Counted from the first letter of the stretch, positions 51,124-62,153 are shown. The stretch: 64,000 nucleotides of DNA from an uncultured Desulfosarcina sp. (GCA_963674945.2 CAXXWQ010000003.1:672001-736000); one strand, 5' to 3'. Translations and numbers: made by a program. Notes: generated by a model not told the origin, from the sequence alone.

Positions 51124-52785
51124 ATGATGAAATCGATGCGGATATCAAACAAGGTCTGGATCAGCCTGGGAATTTTGATCGTCGGATATTTCATATCCAT
51201 GGTGGCCGGCTACTATCTCGGGCAGAAAACGGAATCCATTGTTCTCCAAGCCTCGGACGCCCTGTTTCCCGCTACCATGAACAGCAACGCGGCCCTGACC
51301 GCCTTCAAGGAACAGATGAAGGGGTACAACGACGCGGTGCTCATGGGGGAAGAGTCCATATTCACGCAGACGAAGGAAAAATCCGAAGAGGTGAAGCAGA
51401 ACCTGACGGACATCGTGAAGATGGAAGGCATCGATACCGCCCTGGCAGCGGACATCAACAAAACCATTTCCGCACTGACCGCATTCACCGCCACGGCCCA
51501 GGAGGTCTACGGTGCCATCAGCCGCGGCGAGTCGTCAGGAAACGACAAGCAGATGGCGCAACTGGCCGAGCAGACCCAGGGGATCCAAGAATCCCTGGCC
51601 CGATACAAATCCGAGCTGTCCAAACAACTCAAAGACGAACTGACCCGCATCGGAACCAGCTCCAAAACCCAGCGAATGATGAACATCTGGTTCTTTGTGG
51701 CCGTCGTTGCGTTCGCCCTGGTATTTGTCTGGTTCATCGTAACCAGAGCCATTACCCGCCCCTTGAACAACACGGTAACCATGTTGCGTGACATCGCCGA
51801 GGGGGAAGGCGACCTGACCAAGCGGTTGAACATTGCCTCCAATGACGAGGTGGGGGAAGTGGCCAAGTGGTTCAACACCTTCATCGAGAAGCTGCAAACC
51901 ATCATCCGCGATTTTTCGGACAATGCCAATGGATTGAACGACGCATCCAACAATCTGGCCAAACTGTCCGAGCACATGTCCCAGGAGGCGACGGACATGT
52001 CGTCCAAGTCCGATGCCGTATCCAGATCCACCGAGGAGATGAGCTCCAATCTCAACAACGTGGCCGCCGCCATGGAACAGTCGAGCACCAACACGTCCAT
52101 GGTCGCTTCTGCCGCCGAGGAGATGAACACCACCATCAACAATATCGCCCAGAACGCGGACCAGGCCCGCTCGATCTCCAATGACGCGGTTCAGCAGACC
52201 AAGAACGCGGCCGAAAAAATGAGCGCCCTGGGCAATGCGGTCCAGGCCATCGGCAAGGTGACCGAAACCATCAACGAGATATCGGAGCAGACCAATCTGC
52301 TGGCCCTCAACGCCACCATCGAAGCCGCCCGTGCAGGCGAGGCAGGCAAGGGGTTTGCCGTGGTGGCCAACGAGATCAAGGAGTTGGCCAAGCAGACCGC
52401 AGCGGCTACCGGCGATATCAGGAGCCAGATCGAAGCCGTCCAGTCGACGACGGCGGACACGGTGGAGGAGATCAACCAGATCAGCGCGGTCATCGACACC
52501 ATCAACGAAAACGTCGCCACCATCGCCAACGCGGTGGAGGAACAGAGCGCCACCACCAGAGAAATTGCCAACAACATTGCCCAGGCGTCCGAGGGAATCA
52601 ATGAAGTCAACGTCAACGTGAATGACTCGTCTGCCACGGCCTCCCGGGTCACCGGCACCATCGGTGAGGTGAGTCTGTCGGCCAACGAAATCTCCAACAG
52701 CAGCGAACAGGTCAACCTCAGTGCCCAGGGGTTAAAGGATATGGCAACCAAACTCAACGAAATCGTCAGCCGTTTTAAAGTATAG
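51124..52785 (+). CDS. Methyl-accepting chemotaxis protein
   Basis: Two TM helices, HAMP domain and [29 protein letters not shown]. Confidence 0.96.
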   Translation: MMKSMRISNKVWISLGILIVGYFISMVAGYYLGQKTESIVLQASDALFPATMNSNAALTAFKEQMKGYNDAVLMGEESIFTQTKEKSEEVKQNLTDIVKMEGIDTALAADINKTISALTAFTATAQEVYGAISRGESSGNDKQMAQLAEQTQGIQESLARYKSELSKQLKDELTRIGTSSKTQRMMNIWFFVAVVAFALVFVWFIVTRAITRPLNNTVTMLRDIAEGEGDLTKRLNIASNDEVGEVAKWFNTFIEKLQTIIRDFSDNANGLNDASNNLAKLSEHMSQEATDMSSKSDAVSRSTEEMSSNLNNVAAAMEQSSTNTSMVASAAEEMNTTINNIAQNADQARSISNDAVQQTKNAAEKMSALGNAVQAIGKVTETINEISEQTNLLALNATIEAARAGEAGKGFAVVANEIKELAKQTAAATGDIRSQIEAVQSTTADTVEEINQISAVIDTINENVATIANAVEEQSATTREIANNIAQASEGINEVNVNVNDSSATASRVTGTIGEVSLSANEISNSSEQVNLSAQGLKDMATKLNEIVSRFKV

Positions 52786-52887
52786 CACCAGCCAGTTGAA
52801 AGATGTAGATCGATTTTTTTTCTCATTTGCTTACGGAACCTCGATGATCATTCGTTTTAACTTAAATCAACTCAGGAGGAAGAAAAT

Positions 52888-53334
52888 ATGAGAAAAAGGA
52901 CCTCTTTGCTACGAACAGCAATGGCCTTCCTGGTGTTTTCCCTGGCCATCATGGCACTTTGGCAACCGGCGGAGGCGGCCGACGTTCTCGTCATTGCCAA
53001 CAAGAGCGCTCCAGCAGACGCCATGGATGAGGCAGTGATCAAAAATGTGTTTCTGGGAAAAACAACATCCTGGGACGACGGAAGCTCCATGGAATTCGTT
53101 CTCCTGGCCGATGGCCCGGCGCACGAGGCCTTTTTGAAGGGCTTTGTCAAAAAGACGCCTTCCCAGTTCTCCACCTACTGGAAAAAAATGGTGTTCACGG
53201 GAAAAGGCGCTACACCGAAATCATTTGCCACGGAAAGCGAGTTGGTCTCCTATGTGGCCGGCCATGCCGGCGCAGTCGGGTATGTTTCCGGCGCCGCCGA
53301 TGTGACCGCCGTAAAAGTGGTGAACCAGCAATAG
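52888..53334 (+). CDS. Small periplasmic protein, phosphate-binding-protein-like fold
   Basis: Signal peptide, VIAN...IKNVFLGK...W, YWKKMVFTGKG and GAVGYV motifs. Confidence 0.7.
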   Translation: MRKRTSLLRTAMAFLVFSLAIMALWQPAEAADVLVIANKSAPADAMDEAVIKNVFLGKTTSWDDGSSMEFVLLADGPAHEAFLKGFVKKTPSQFSTYWKKMVFTGKGATPKSFATESELVSYVAGHAGAVGYVSGAADVTAVKVVNQQ

Positions 53335-53349
53335 GAAAGGAGCGAATCG

Positions 53350-54561
53350 ATGAAACGAAAATATATTGGTGTAATGACACTTTGTGTGTTGGCCGCTGTT
53401 GGCCTCTTGGCAAACGCTGCTGGGGCGATGACGACGGCAGGAGTGGATATCCACGGTTTTATTTCCCAGGGCTTTTTATACAGCGACGAGTACAATTACC
53501 TGGCCCACAACAGCACGGACGGCAGCTTTGAGTACAACGAGTTCGGCATCAACTTTTCCAAAAACCTCACCGACAAGCTTCGCATGGGAATTCAGTTCTT
53601 CAGCCGGGATATCGGAGATGCCAGCAACAACAAGGTTACGGTGGACTGGGCCTACGGCGACTACCGATTCAAGGACTGGCTGGGCGTCCGGGCCGGCAGG
53701 ATCAAACTGCCCATGGGCCTGTACAACGAAATCCGGGACGTGGACATGCTGCGCACCAGTATCGTCCTTCCCCAGGGGATTTATAACGACCTGCTCCGGG
53801 ACACCCTCATCGCCGTGAACGGTGTCGGCCTGTACGGTAACTTCGATTTGGGAGCCGTCGGCGGGTTGGAATACCAGGCCCTCTCCGGTGGTATTTATTC
53901 GGATCCCGATAGCGGCGTCAGCAAGTATATGGATGATGGTGTGGCTGAAATGGGGCTAGAAGCGATCGGGGCTACCGAAAACGGTACCGCCTATGCCGCT
54001 TCGCTCCGATGGGAGACGCCGGTGCCGGGGCTTCGGTTAGGGTACTCCTTTTGGAAGTCGGACCCAACAAATAAAATCGGAGCGAATGGCGTCGTAATGG
54101 CGACCATGGAGGGTACGACCAAGACGCATATCGGTTCCGCCGAATTCGTATGGAACGATCTGACGGTGGTGGGAGAATACCTGCTCCGGCAATCCGATAT
54201 CAAGGTCGGGTCTTCGGACGTGGGCAAAGACATGGAAACCTATTACGTCTCCGCCTCATACGTGTTTACCGACTGGTTCACCCTGGGCGCCTACTATTCC
54301 CTATATTACCCGGACAAGGATGATAAGGACGGCGACGATCTGGTGGCCGCGGACGAGCCCGATCATGGTGCCTGGGAGAAAGACCTGGCCATGACCTTGC
54401 GTTTCGATATCAATCCATACTGGGTGTTCAAGGTCGAGGGGCATTATGTGGACGGAACAGCCCTCGTGTTGGGACTGGACAATCCCGGCAGCAACCCAAA
54501 TAGCCCAAATAGCGAAGACACCTGGTACTATGGTGCCGCCAAGGTCACCTTCAGTTTCTAG
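53350..54561 (+). CDS. Outer-membrane beta-barrel (porin-like)
   Basis: Signal peptide, IHGFISQG, GRIKLPMGLYNE, amphipathic strands and terminal Phe. Confidence 0.75.
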   Translation: MKRKYIGVMTLCVLAAVGLLANAAGAMTTAGVDIHGFISQGFLYSDEYNYLAHNSTDGSFEYNEFGINFSKNLTDKLRMGIQFFSRDIGDASNNKVTVDWAYGDYRFKDWLGVRAGRIKLPMGLYNEIRDVDMLRTSIVLPQGIYNDLLRDTLIAVNGVGLYGNFDLGAVGGLEYQALSGGIYSDPDSGVSKYMDDGVAEMGLEAIGATENGTAYAASLRWETPVPGLRLGYSFWKSDPTNKIGANGVVMATMEGTTKTHIGSAEFVWNDLTVVGEYLLRQSDIKVGSSDVGKDMETYYVSASYVFTDWFTLGAYYSLYYPDKDDKDGDDLVAADEPDHGAWEKDLAMTLRFDINPYWVFKVEGHYVDGTALVLGLDNPGSNPNSPNSEDTWYYGAAKVTFSF

Positions 54562-55132
54562 TTCCCGGATCAGGGACTATTCTGCCCGGTGGGGAAAGCC
54601 CCCACCAGGCAATCCGGTTGACACAACCAAGCGCTATCAATTTGGGGGAGCACGTTGAATTGCAAGCGCTTTCGACTGTTCTTTTCTCCCGTACACATCC
54701 CCCTCTTTCACATCCACTTGCCGGGATTATTCGAACAGGGTAAATTCCGGCAAGTGGATGTTTTTCCGGCCCTGTCTCATATCGCCCGCACTCTTTCAGC
54801 CAAGATAGCCGATTCACCCATATCCTTATTGTCTGCCCCGCTCATTTCTCATCTTTTCCGCAAATCTATGAAACGTGCGATGAATAAAGAGCTTTTCCCG
54901 TTTTTTCCCACCGGTGGGAAAATGGGAAAAAGAATTTTTTCCGCAATGCAATACTGTTTGGCCATCTTTTTCATGACAAAGCCCCCTGTGAGGATGGGAG
55001 GCGTGAGTTGAAATTGGTAATTTCGTTGTTATACTGAATTTTATCGAAAAATTGGCAAGATACCACGATCCCACAATCAATTAAGATCGTATTTCATCGG
55101 GGTAAGTGCCACTTGGCGGCAAGGAGGACGAC

Positions 55133-55651
55133 ATGATGTATTCGCAGACAGTCATGGATCATTTCAGAAATCCGAGAAACGTGGGCGTAATCGACGACGC
55201 CGATGGCGTCGGAGAGGTGGGCAACCCCCTGTGCGGCGACATGATGACCATCTACCTGAAAATCGAAGATGATATTATCAGGGACATCAAGTTCCAGACC
55301 TTCGGATGCGGATCAGCCATCGCTGTCTCCAGCATGCTGACGGAAATGGCCAAAGGGAAAAACCTGGAAGAGGCGAGAAAGATAACCAACAAGGATGTCG
55401 CCGAAGCACTGGAAGGATTACCCAAAAATAAACTTCACTGCTCCAATTTGGGAGCCGATGCCCTGACGGCGGCAATAAAAAATTACGAAGACCGAAAGGC
55501 CGGCAGAATAAAACCGGAACCCATCGAACAGGAAAAACATGCACATCATGACGGTGACAAGTGCTACTGCCCCTATTGTGACGCGGAAGTGGATGGAAAG
55601 GTGGATTTTTGCGTCACCTGTCAATCTGAAATAGAGGTGGAAGAGGATTGA
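55133..55651 (+). CDS. iscU: Fe-S scaffold NifU/IscU with C-terminal zinc ribbon
   Basis: VMDHFRNPRNVG, GNPLCGD, FGCGSAIA and KLHCS motifs. RBS AGGAGG. Confidence 0.92.
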   Translation: MMYSQTVMDHFRNPRNVGVIDDADGVGEVGNPLCGDMMTIYLKIEDDIIRDIKFQTFGCGSAIAVSSMLTEMAKGKNLEEARKITNKDVAEALEGLPKNKLHCSNLGADALTAAIKNYEDRKAGRIKPEPIEQEKHAHHDGDKCYCPYCDAEVDGKVDFCVTCQSEIEVEED

Positions 55652-55706
55652 TCCGCATCCTTCGATACCAGGTGCCACTCCTATCTGCTGAAGAAAGGAC
55701 AATGCC

Positions 55707-56879
55707 ATGCCGAAAATCAACTTAGACCATATGTCCGCGAACCCGCTGCTGCCGGAGGTGAAAACGGCCATGATCGATGCCATCGGTAAGGATTTCGGTA
55801 ATCCGGCCAGTCAGCACAGTGTGGGGGAAACGGCGGCCCAGGCCCTGGACGCGGCGAGGCAAAGCGTTGCCAGACTGCTCAACTGTGCCGATGAAAGAGA
55901 GGTGGTGTTCACTTCCTGTGGCACGGAATCGGTCAATCACGCCATCAAGGGAGCGGCACTTTCCAATCAAAAAAAAGGCAACCACATCATCACCTCAAAC
56001 ATTGAACATACATCGGTCAACAAGAGTCTGAAACGACTGAAAACCATGGGGTATCATATCACTTCGGTGTCGGTGGACAAATATGGACGGGTGGATCCGC
56101 ATGAGATTGCCGATGCCATTACCGATAAGACCATCCTCGTTTCGATCATGCACAGCAACAATGAAATCGGAACCATCCAACCCATCGAAGAGATTGCCCG
56201 GATCGTAAAGGAGAAAAAGATTCTGCTCCATACCGATGCCGTTGACTCAGTCGGCGTCGTCCCCATCGACGTTCAACGGTTGGGTGCGGATCTGGTCAGT
56301 TTTTCTTCCAATACCTTCCATGGACCGACCGGCGTCGGCGGATTGTACATCCGTCGCGGGACACCGCTCTGGCCGCTTTTGGACGGCGGGATGCAGGAAA
56401 ACAACAAACGGGCCGGCGCCGAGAATCTCGTCGGTATCATCGGTACCGGCGTGGCCGCCGAATATGCCCGAAAAGATATGGACTCCCGAATCGCTCACGC
56501 ACGAAGCCTTCGCAGGCGACTCATCGACAACTTGCCAAACCACTTCGACGAGTATGTCATCAACGGCCACCCGGAGTACTGTCTTCCCAACCTTGTCTCC
56601 ATTTCCATCAAATACATCGAGGGCGAAAGCATTGTGTTGATGCTGGACGACGATGACATCCTCGTCTCCACCCGATCCGCCTGCGCAACCGGCTCACTTC
56701 GGGCATCCCACGTATTGTTGTCCATCGGATTGGGTCATGCCGATGCCCAGGGGACGCTGGTGGCCACCTTCGGAATCGACAACACGGAAAAAGACGTCGA
56801 TGATTTTCTGACCGCCCTGGAAAAAATCGTCAAGACCCTGCGCGACATGTCTCCTCTTTACAAGAAGAAGCAACCGTAG
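55707..56879 (+). CDS. iscS: IscS/NifS-family protein, atypical (PLP Schiff-base lysine absent)
   Basis: GNPAS, FTSCGTES, NNEIGTIQP and SACATG motifs, but SSNTFHGPTG in place of SGHKxYGPKG. Confidence 0.85.
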   Translation: MPKINLDHMSANPLLPEVKTAMIDAIGKDFGNPASQHSVGETAAQALDAARQSVARLLNCADEREVVFTSCGTESVNHAIKGAALSNQKKGNHIITSNIEHTSVNKSLKRLKTMGYHITSVSVDKYGRVDPHEIADAITDKTILVSIMHSNNEIGTIQPIEEIARIVKEKKILLHTDAVDSVGVVPIDVQRLGADLVSFSSNTFHGPTGVGGLYIRRGTPLWPLLDGGMQENNKRAGAENLVGIIGTGVAAEYARKDMDSRIAHARSLRRRLIDNLPNHFDEYVINGHPEYCLPNLVSISIKYIEGESIVLMLDDDDILVSTRSACATGSLRASHVLLSIGLGHADAQGTLVATFGIDNTEKDVDDFLTALEKIVKTLRDMSPLYKKKQP

Positions 56880-57311
56880 CGACCATATACACCCCGAGGT
56901 CAATTCCTTCGGAGTGCCTGCAGTAATAATTCCAAACCAACATTGACGGATCCGTAAAATCTCCGCGGATGGGAGCGTCGACGCGCCGGATTACTGTAAC
57001 GACCATCAGAGGCCACGATGGCGTTTACACCGATCCGTCTAGTGCGCATCACCTCACCAATTTGAATACATAATATTGATGCAATCCATTTCACTTTGAA
57101 TCATTGACAAAATATCACGGGTATGCTTATAGTGTACTATTGTAGCAAATAAAAAAATACATTATGTTAGTATGTTATGATTATTCGAAAGAAAAAAGCC
57201 ACATTACTTATGTTTTGTATACAAAAGAAAATTGCTCTCAAAAATAGTTTGAGGTGTAACTATTTTTTCTGGCAAATGCCCCCCCAACATTCTCCCCGAT
57301 GGACATGATCA

Positions 57312-57866
57312 ATGGAAAACAATCGTGACGCCACCAGTGTCTGTGATGACGTGTTGATCGCCATACGCCGCATCATCCAGCGCATTGATCTTCATTCCAA
57401 ACGTCTGGTCAAGCAGTTTGGCCTTACCGGTCCCCAACTCATCATCCTGCGGGAGATCCAACAGGCCGGTGAAATCACGGCAAGCGATATTTCCAAGGCC
57501 ATCAGCGTCAGCCAGGCCACGGTGACGGGCATCTTGGATCGGCTGGAGAAGCGTGGGTATCTGGTCCGGAAGAAAAGCGACAGGGATCGAAGGCGGGTAT
57601 TGGTCAAAATAACATCCGCCGGTGAACATCTGTTGGCTGCCGCGCCGCCCCTGATGCAGGAATCCTTCACCACGCAGTTCGCCAAGCTACAGACATGGGA
57701 ACAACACATGATCCTCAGCGCACTTCATCGACTGGTGACCTTGATGGACGCCAAACAGATCGATGCGGCGCCCTTGTTGACCACAAGCATCCTCGTCCCA
57801 CCATCAGAGGAGTCCAAGGGCATGCCCGAGGCGGGGCCGTATAGGACAACAACCGTAAACCCATAA
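57312..57866 (+). CDS. MarR-family regulator (EctR/CosR-like by context)
   Basis: GLTGPQL, SQATVTGILDRLE and DRRR motifs. Directly upstream of proVWX. Confidence 0.85.
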   Translation: MENNRDATSVCDDVLIAIRRIIQRIDLHSKRLVKQFGLTGPQLIILREIQQAGEITASDISKAISVSQATVTGILDRLEKRGYLVRKKSDRDRRRVLVKITSAGEHLLAAAPPLMQESFTTQFAKLQTWEQHMILSALHRLVTLMDAKQIDAAPLLTTSILVPPSEESKGMPEAGPYRTTTVNP

Positions 57867-57884
57867 CCAAATGGTCAAAAAGCT

Positions 57885-59114
57885 ATGGAAAAAATCGTCG
57901 TTAACAACTTGTACAAAATCTTCGGAGACCAACCGCGAAAGGCCATGGGCCTTTTGAAGGAAGGCAAAACAAAGGCGGAAATCCTGGAACGAACGGGCAT
58001 GACCGTCGGGGTGGACAACGCCAATTTTACCATCGAATCCGGTGAAATCTTCGTCATCATGGGTCTGTCCGGCTCCGGCAAATCCACCATCGTCCGTATG
58101 CTCAACCGGCTCATCGAACCCACTGCCGGCAAGGTCATCGTAGACGGAAAGGACGTCATTCAGATGAGCCAGGAAGAACTGGTAAAATTTCGGCTGCACC
58201 ACATGAGCATGGTGTTCCAGTCCTTCGCCCTCATGCCCCACCTGTCGGTTCTGGACAATGCGGCTTTTGGCTTGGAATTGGCCAAAATCGAAAAGAAAAA
58301 GAGAAATGATCGCGCCATGAAGGCCTTGGAACAGGTAGGACTGGCCGGTTGGGAAAACGCATATCCCTCGGAACTCTCCGGTGGCATGCAACAGCGGGTG
58401 GGACTGGCCCGTGGCCTGGCAGTGGATCCGGACATCCTTCTCATGGACGAGGCCTTTTCCGCCTTGGATCCCTTGATCCGAACGGAGATGCAGGACGAAT
58501 TGCTCAAACTCCAGGAAGAGCAGCAACGAACCATCGTATTCATCTCCCACGACCTGGACGAGGCCCTTCGCATCGGCGACCGCATCGCCATCATGGAAGG
58601 AGGCCGGGTGGTTCAGGTGGGAACACCGGAAGAGATCCTGCAAAACCCGGCGGATGATTACGTACGCGCCTTTTTCAGGGGAGTGGATCCGACGAACGTC
58701 ATCTCGGCTGGCGATATCGTCCGCGACACCCACCCAACCTACGTCAAAACCAAAGAGGGAAGTATGCGGGCCACACACGAGCTTCTCAGCAGCAGCGAAC
58801 GTGACCACTGCTACGTGCTGGACGCCAAGCATCGTTTCCTGGGGATCGTCTCGTCCGATTCCCTGCGCGCAGCCATGGAGAACGGCAAACCCGACAAACC
58901 CATCGACCAGGCCTTTTTGGATGGCGGCACGCCGGTCAACCTGAACGACTCCATGCAGGACATTTTGCCTTTCGTTGCTTCCAGCAGCTGGCCCATTCCG
59001 GTGGTTGACGAAAAGGAGGTCTACAAGGGAGTGGTTTCCAAAAACCGATTCTTACGGACCCTGCATCGAACCGAAACCGAAATGGACGAGCAGACGGATA
59101 AGGCCGTCGCGTAA
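57885..59114 (+). CDS. proV: Glycine betaine/proline ABC transporter ATPase
   Basis: GLSGSGKS, LSGGMQQRVG, DEAFSALDPLIR and CBS tail. Confidence 0.95.
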   Translation: MEKIVVNNLYKIFGDQPRKAMGLLKEGKTKAEILERTGMTVGVDNANFTIESGEIFVIMGLSGSGKSTIVRMLNRLIEPTAGKVIVDGKDVIQMSQEELVKFRLHHMSMVFQSFALMPHLSVLDNAAFGLELAKIEKKKRNDRAMKALEQVGLAGWENAYPSELSGGMQQRVGLARGLAVDPDILLMDEAFSALDPLIRTEMQDELLKLQEEQQRTIVFISHDLDEALRIGDRIAIMEGGRVVQVGTPEEILQNPADDYVRAFFRGVDPTNVISAGDIVRDTHPTYVKTKEGSMRATHELLSSSERDHCYVLDAKHRFLGIVSSDSLRAAMENGKPDKPIDQAFLDGGTPVNLNDSMQDILPFVASSSWPIPVVDEKEVYKGVVSKNRFLRTLHRTETEMDEQTDKAVA

Positions 59115-59226
59115 TCATTGATTCAAGATTGCCGGACCGCACTCTTTTTGCCCTTCGCACATGATTCGCTGCACAGATCATCATCGCGCAGCGTCATGTG
59201 GTCAAACCGAACGTTGGAGAAAGACC

Positions 59227-60057
59227 ATGTTTGAAGACAAAGTCATTCCACTGGATGTCTGGGTTTCCCAGTTCGTCGACTGGCTGGTGGACAACTATCG
59301 AGATTTTTTTCAGGCCATCAAATGGCCCGTGGAGCAAACCTTAACCGGGTTCGATTCCTTATTGAACTGGATTCCCCCTTTCGTTATCATTGTGCTTCTC
59401 GCCGTGGCAGCATGGCGTTTTTCCGGAAAGGGATTGGCCATTTTCACGGTGATCACCATGACCCTGATCGGGCTGCTCGGCCTTTGGGGTGAGACCATGA
59501 CAACCCTTGCCATGGTGCTTTCCGCAGTCATTTTTTGTGCCGTGGTCGGCATCCCCCTGGGCATCATTTCCGGCCGTAGCGACAAATTCGAGGCCTGGAT
59601 GAGGCCGGCACTGGATGCCATGCAGACCACACCGGCCTTCGTCTACCTGGTACCCATCGTCATGCTCTTTTCCGTGGGCAACGTGGCCGGCGTACTGGCA
59701 ACCATCATCTTTTCCCTGCCGCCCATCATCCGCCTCACCAGCCTGGGCATCCGACAGGTTCACCCCGAACTGGTGGAAGCGGCCCAGGCTTTCGGCGCCA
59801 GCCGATGGCAGGTGCTGATTCGGGTTCAGGTCCCCCTGGCCATGCCGACGATTTTGGCCGGGCTCAACCAGACCATCATGATGGCCCTGTCCATGGTCGT
59901 CATCGCGGCGCTCATTGGCGCGGGTGGTTTGGGTTCACCGGTTATTCTGGGGCTGAACACACTGGACATCGGTCGGGCCGTCATCGGTGGACTGGGAATC
60001 GTCTTAATGGCCATCGTATTGGATCGTGTCACACAGTCCATGGCCCAGAAGAGTTAA
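59227..60057 (+). CDS. proW: Glycine betaine/proline ABC transporter permease
   Basis: MQTTPAFVYLVP and EAAQAFG motifs. Confidence 0.95.
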   Translation: MFEDKVIPLDVWVSQFVDWLVDNYRDFFQAIKWPVEQTLTGFDSLLNWIPPFVIIVLLAVAAWRFSGKGLAIFTVITMTLIGLLGLWGETMTTLAMVLSAVIFCAVVGIPLGIISGRSDKFEAWMRPALDAMQTTPAFVYLVPIVMLFSVGNVAGVLATIIFSLPPIIRLTSLGIRQVHPELVEAAQAFGASRWQVLIRVQVPLAMPTILAGLNQTIMMALSMVVIAALIGAGGLGSPVILGLNTLDIGRAVIGGLGIVLMAIVLDRVTQSMAQKS

Positions 60058-60126
60058 CCTTTATTCGGAATCACCGAAAACGTTCGACACTCATTTTCGC
60101 AACATTATTCTAAAGAGGAGGTTTTT

Positions 60127-61167
60127 ATGAAATTCGGAACACGACAGTTGATCACACTTTTTATTTGTATCTGCATGGCATTTTCAGTAGCGCCTGCCTT
60201 TGCGGACGACATGAAACCGGGCAAAGGAACGACGGTCCAGCCCGCCCGGGCCACCTGGAACACCGGTTTCTTCCAGGAAGCACTGGTGCGCCGTGGACTC
60301 GTGGAATTGGGATACAAGGTCAAAACCCCCAAAGACCTGCAAAACCCGATTTTCTACAAATCCGTCGCCCTGGGCGATGTGGATTACTGGGCCAACGGCT
60401 GGTTTCCCAACCACAACAGCCAGCTTCCCAAAAATTTTTACGAAGATGCCGGTGTGTACGGCTATGTGGTGAAATCCGGCGGTCTCCAGGGCTACCTGGT
60501 GTCCAAAAAGGCCGTGGAAGAGTTCAACATCAAGTCCCTGGACGATTTTAAGCGCCCCGAGGTCATGAAGGCATTCGATAAAAACGGTGACGGCAAAGCC
60601 GATCTGACCGCCTGCCCACCGGGATGGGGATGTGAGAACGTCATCAGCTGGCACATGAAGGTATACGATCTGGACGACTACATCAATCCCGTCAAGGCGG
60701 CATATGAGGCCGGCATGGCATCGACGCTGGGAGACTACAAGAGCGGAAAACCGATCTTCTTCTACACCTGGGCCCCCAACTGGACGATCTTCAAGCTGCA
60801 ACCGGGCAAAGATGTCATGTGGATCAACGTACCCAAGATCATCCCCAAAGAGTCCCAAAAAGAAGCCGTGGATCGAATGACGGCTTCGGGCATCGTAGGA
60901 GCGGTCACCGATCCCATCAAGTTGGGGTTCGTCGTATCGGACATCCGAATCGTCGCCAACAAAAAATTTGTAGACAAGAATCCGGCCGCCAAGAAATTTT
61001 TCGAGGTGTTCACCCTGCCGTTGATCGACATCAACGAACAAAACACCCGCATGAACGAAGGGGAAAAGTCCCAGAAAGACATCGAACGCCACGTGGATGA
61101 ATGGATCGCCAAAAACGCCGAAAAATGGAACGGATGGCTGACTGCGGCGCGTCAAGCCGCAAAATAG
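60127..61167 (+). CDS. proX: Glycine betaine/proline ABC transporter substrate-binding protein
   Basis: Signal peptide, CPPGWGC and YTWAP motifs. Confidence 0.93.
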   Translation: MKFGTRQLITLFICICMAFSVAPAFADDMKPGKGTTVQPARATWNTGFFQEALVRRGLVELGYKVKTPKDLQNPIFYKSVALGDVDYWANGWFPNHNSQLPKNFYEDAGVYGYVVKSGGLQGYLVSKKAVEEFNIKSLDDFKRPEVMKAFDKNGDGKADLTACPPGWGCENVISWHMKVYDLDDYINPVKAAYEAGMASTLGDYKSGKPIFFYTWAPNWTIFKLQPGKDVMWINVPKIIPKESQKEAVDRMTASGIVGAVTDPIKLGFVVSDIRIVANKKFVDKNPAAKKFFEVFTLPLIDINEQNTRMNEGEKSQKDIERHVDEWIAKNAEKWNGWLTAARQAAK

Positions 61168-61180
61168 TGTGAAACAAACA

Positions 61181-61305
61181 CAGGAGTCAGAAGACAGCAT
61201 TCAGGAGCCAGAATGAATCTGATGTCGCTTCGCTCCGTCGATAAGATAGATCGAGCCGCAGGCGAATACCTGATTCTGGATTCTGAATTCTGACTCCTGG
61301 ATTCT
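61181..61305. repeat. Dispersed heptamer-armed repeat, copy B (self-complementary arms)
   Basis: Left arm of CAGGAGT/CAGAAGA/CAGCATT units, right arm of ATTCTGG/ATTCTGA/CTCCTGG units. Core shared with 45601-45640. Confidence 0.8.
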
Positions 61306-61382
61306 CGAAACATTCCAACGGCAAAGCCATCTATCTTTTGAATAGGCACAGAGGACCAATTTTCTGGACTGAATGCAGCGAT

Positions 61383-61425
61383 TGCCCGGAACCTGCCACT
61401 GGGGTTCCGGGCATTTCTTTTTTTT
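61383..61425 (+). terminator. Rho-independent terminator after proX
   Basis: TGCCCGGAACC / GGTTCCGGGCA stem followed by a T-run. Confidence 0.8.
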
Positions 61426-61560
61426 GAAGGCCTGTTGTTTAGGACTTTTTTATAAAAAGCGTTTCCCTCGTTTCCGTCTATCTGCGAAGGAAATAATAGC
61501 GAGTTTCTTGCATGCGATTGTTTGGCCGTATTTGGCCTGGAAAAGCTTTCTACGGAGCCG

Positions 61561-61761
61561 TCATTGTTCGATGGGGAAATAATAGTCCTGGCAGGACTGG
61601 CATATGGAGGAAATATTGTATTCCAGTTCGGCCCTTGGCGTGCGAAAAAAAAGTGCAGGTTCTCCACAAATTTTACAGATTCCATGGGCCTTGGCCATGG
61701 ACGTCCGCGCGATCACATCTTTCGCACCCAGTAGCTGTATGAGTTCTTTCACTTTATCCAT
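61561..61761 (-). CDS. Small putative zinc-binding protein
   Basis: 66 aa with CKIC...CQSC. AGGTGA RBS-like sequence upstream. Confidence 0.6.
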   Translation of the reverse strand: MDKVKELIQLLGAKDVIARTSMAKAHGICKICGEPALFFRTPRAELEYNISSICQSCQDYYFPIEQ

Positions 61762-62153
61762 TGATCACCTGAAAAGAGCCTTTCATTTCCTGCAAAAGAT
61801 TATCCACGTATCTCGTTTCCGTTCATCGCCCGACCGCCTATTCAACGTGGCGACGGTTGTGCAAAGATCTTCCGTTGGGTCATGGTATACTATAAATTAT
61901 CGGCAGGGACGACATCGGCTTTAGGCGAACGGGAAAAAAGGGTCTTCCAAGGCGGTTATCACAGGGCCGACGCACTTGCACGCCGTGACAACCACATTGG
62001 CAACGACGGGCACCACTGCCAAAAGACGTGTGACTGTTTTTTCCTTGATTGATCATTACAATCTAACTATTATACAAAGTTTTTAATCATTGTCATCCAT
62101 CTGCGGTTGCATCGCAGCCGGAAACAAGACTTAATCGATCGGGAGATGTATAG

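Noticed and set aside
57804..61200. Long minus-strand ORFs (342 aa, 338 aa) and similar antisense ORFs over the GRE and MCP genes
   Set aside because: These are shadow frames of well-supported GC3-rich genes and contain no recognisable motifs.
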